The notes under the pieces are model-generated. The model worked only from the letters and a program-made list of their open reading frames with translations, had not been told where the DNA came from and searched no databases. From Hydrolagus affinis (lineage: Eukaryota), in NCBI GenBank assembly GCA_012026655.1, contig JAAILG010000322.1, positions 1-64,000 on the forward strand: a DNA stretch of 64,000 bases, written 5' to 3'. A program made the position numbers and the translations under genes. This document shows positions 61,401 to 64,000 of the stretch, one piece after another (the stretch's first letter is position 1; each line of letters starts with the position of its first letter).

Positions 61401-61944
61401 GTATGACCAGTGTCACCAAATACACCAGACAGACCTCTTTGGCAATCTTAGTGTCTTTTTCTTTCAATTGCAAAGTGTTGAGATAAATCCCTGTAGGGAA
61501 AAGCTCCCTCTCTTTCCATTCTCAGTGATTCTATCACTATTTGTTAAAATGTTCATGTAAGTGAATCTATTAAATGTCTGAATTTGGGATATTTTATTGC
61601 AATGATTGCTTAGGTATTTTATGCCAGTAGAAGGCTACTATGCGGTACAGTACTGCTATCGAGCACATAGATATCAAAGCCAATAATCCAAGAACAGTCA
61701 AAAAATAAAGCCCCTTTCATAAAAGTTTATTTCAACGTGATGATTCTCAATGTAATGACACCTCGCTCAAAACTATTTAAATTTATCACCCAATTTTTTA
61801 ATATGACTGGATTGCTCATGAATTATATTTCACAAAAATTGGAGAAACTTTGCCTTTTATGTAGGATCCTCTCTATACAACAGGCAGCTCTCTGTGAAGT
61901 TCACCAATATCCTGATAGCTCAATGGATGAACACCCATGACATT

Positions 61945-62250
61945 TTGGCACTGAGCTGCATGAATCAGAACTGTCTCAGTTTTGATGGCTGAACTGTGCT
62001 GAGGTATTGATTTGAGTCATACAGGGGTATGTCCTCTGATTAGGGGGAAAAAAGATTAACAAAGGTTCCTGCCCACAATCACTGTCCATGGTTCTCTACA
62101 GCAAAGGTGGTCAGACACAAGAGCAGGTCTGATACCCTCAGTGAGGTGATATGTTTCTCAACCCTCAGTTTTTATAAGCTCAAACATGATGTCTGTGGAA
62201 CTATATGCCAGCATGAGTTGCCACCTTCAAGAGAGCAGTAAGAGATATGG
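61945..62250 (+). mobile_element. Ancient SINE relic (AmnSINE2-like), copy 2
   Basis: GGCACTGAGC..CTGTGCTGAG..TAGGGGGAAAAAA..GGTTCCTGCCCACAATCACTGTCCA..TGTGGAACTATATGCCAGCATGAGTTGCCACCTTCAAGAGAG matches the recalled consensus order. Confidence 0.5.
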
Positions 62251-64000
62251 AAAACATTTGGGTATACAGGTAGTTAGGACATTCTTGCAAATTAGTTCAT
62301 TTTCAAATCTATGAGGAAATGGTGCACAACGGAGAATGTAAATACGTAGTGATTTAATTGATTCACCCACAAAAAATCACGAAATACGAATACTAAATTT
62401 TGAGGCCTTCGCCACATCTGGCATTCACACTAAATGTTACGAATAGCTATAATCCCAATGTGTCTTTTCCCTATAAGTACCATTGAAAACCTAATACTCT
62501 ACCATAAGTAAGTGAATGCCTTTCTAAGCCACAAGAGTTTGTAGAAAATTTAAATGTTGGTTTGTTTACTTTTTTGTTTTCTGGAATACATATTTTTTCC
62601 ATATACAATCTTTCATATAAAAGAACAATTCGTGTTACTTGAGGGATTTATTGACTTAATTTATGTTTCCTGTTTTTTTTTAGAATTCAAGATGTGAAAC
62701 ATTTTCTGCACAAATCCTAGAAATGTGAGTGTGTAAACAATATCTAATTTTAGTCCCAAACCAAGCCTAAAATCTGTGATTGCTTTCTAACACATTAAAC
62801 AGTACTTAGTTTAAAATGTGGATTTGTGCAGCAGTCTGTTAGACTGATAATGTAATATTGAAAATGGCAACGTTGAAACCATCTTAAGCTCTTCTACAGC
62901 TATGCCTTAATGCATCTATGCAATTGTTAATGGGCTGCCCTAGAGATTGTGTATTAAGGTAAAAAATATTAGAAGCTTCTAATTCAAAATAAATCTACTT
63001 AGATGACCTTTCTTCAGTTATAATGCGGTCCATATTTTAAGAGCGGATGCATTGAACTGCAGTATTATTTTTCTTTAAATTGTGTTTAAGAATAAAGATA
63101 AAATTGAACTTGCCAGCATGGACACTGGATAAGAATATAATACATGGTTACAACTATGCTGAGTGACTAGAAACTCCCTTTAAAAATACATTCCGATATT
63201 AAATATAATATGGATGATACATTAATGTCACATTCATTTAAGGAGGATGATGATATAAGCATTCAGTTAATACATCAATAGTTGCCTTGCAGGGACAAAA
63301 TATAAGCAGATATAATAGTCTTTCAGCACTTACCTATCAAGGTACAAACTGTTTGCACAATTGATCACTGAAAGCAATTACCTTACAATCATTACTTTTT
63401 TAAAATTGCTTCAATTTATCAACCAATTATATTTTTCAAAATTGTTCACCCTTGATCTGCACTCATTGTTATGGGTGTAGACTGGTCCCTGTATAATATC
63501 TTGAAGGTAGACAAGGATTTTTATGTTAGAAATGAAACCAATTGTGTTGTAACATTTCATTGGGATGGAAGATATGAAAACCATTAATAATCAAAAGGGT
63601 TTATTTCATAGTCGTTTGATACAGAAGATTTCAGCAAACATGTGGAAATTTAATTTTTCAGGTCAAAATAGCTTTTCATATAATACTTCGTGCTCAGAGT
63701 AACTTCATTTTCACTTTCCCTATAAACATTCTGACTCACACAATAGTCTCAATCTACTGAGGATTGTGCTTATGAGAACTTGTACTCTATTCCTGTTCAA
63801 ATTAATTGTGTACTCAATCTTGTTCAATTAAACTTGATCTTTTTTTAATTAAACTTAATATGGTGAATCATATTCAGACCAGATATCAAGCAGCAACATT
63901 ATTTTGTTGAAGCTGATTTGTTTTAACTCTGTGAAAGCATGATGTCTAATTCTGTGTGGTGTAATTACAAATTCTTCCCAACATTTGACTTTGTTTGCTA

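Noticed and set aside
54900-64000. EBF3 terminal exons on the minus strand
   Set aside because: No recognisable COE-family coding sequence or spliceable exon was found.

Overview
This is AT-rich vertebrate genomic DNA, not prokaryotic. The SINE/CR1 repertoire suggests a cartilaginous fish, possibly a chimaera such as Callorhinchus; that is an inference from recalled repeat consensus sequences. The only protein-coding gene I can support is MGMT (O6-methylguanine-DNA methyltransferase, + strand). Its last three coding exons lie at 8095-8255, 40053-40192 and 54696-54866, splice in frame via canonical GT-AG introns of about 31.8 kb and 14.5 kb, and encode an intact PCHR active site; AATAAA follows 22 nt after the stop. 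The 5' exon(s) lie upstream of the window. The rest comprises (i) transposon debris: a tRNA-Ala-headed SINE family, DeuSINEs, LF-SINE-like and AmnSINE2-like relics, L2/CR1/RTE LINE fragments, a Tc1/mariner-type MITE and an unclassified repeat; (ii) repeat-free, homeodomain-motif-rich blocks that are candidate conserved non-coding enhancers of the MGMT-EBF3 regulatory block; and (iii) a 172-nt assembly gap. Most ORF-track entries are spurious or LINE remnants. I found no convincing new multi-gene system. The most novel-looking signals are a probable non-autonomous L2 subfamily with a shared internal deletion, a mosaic SINE family, ancient SINE relics, and inverted SINEs bracketing MGMT exon 4.
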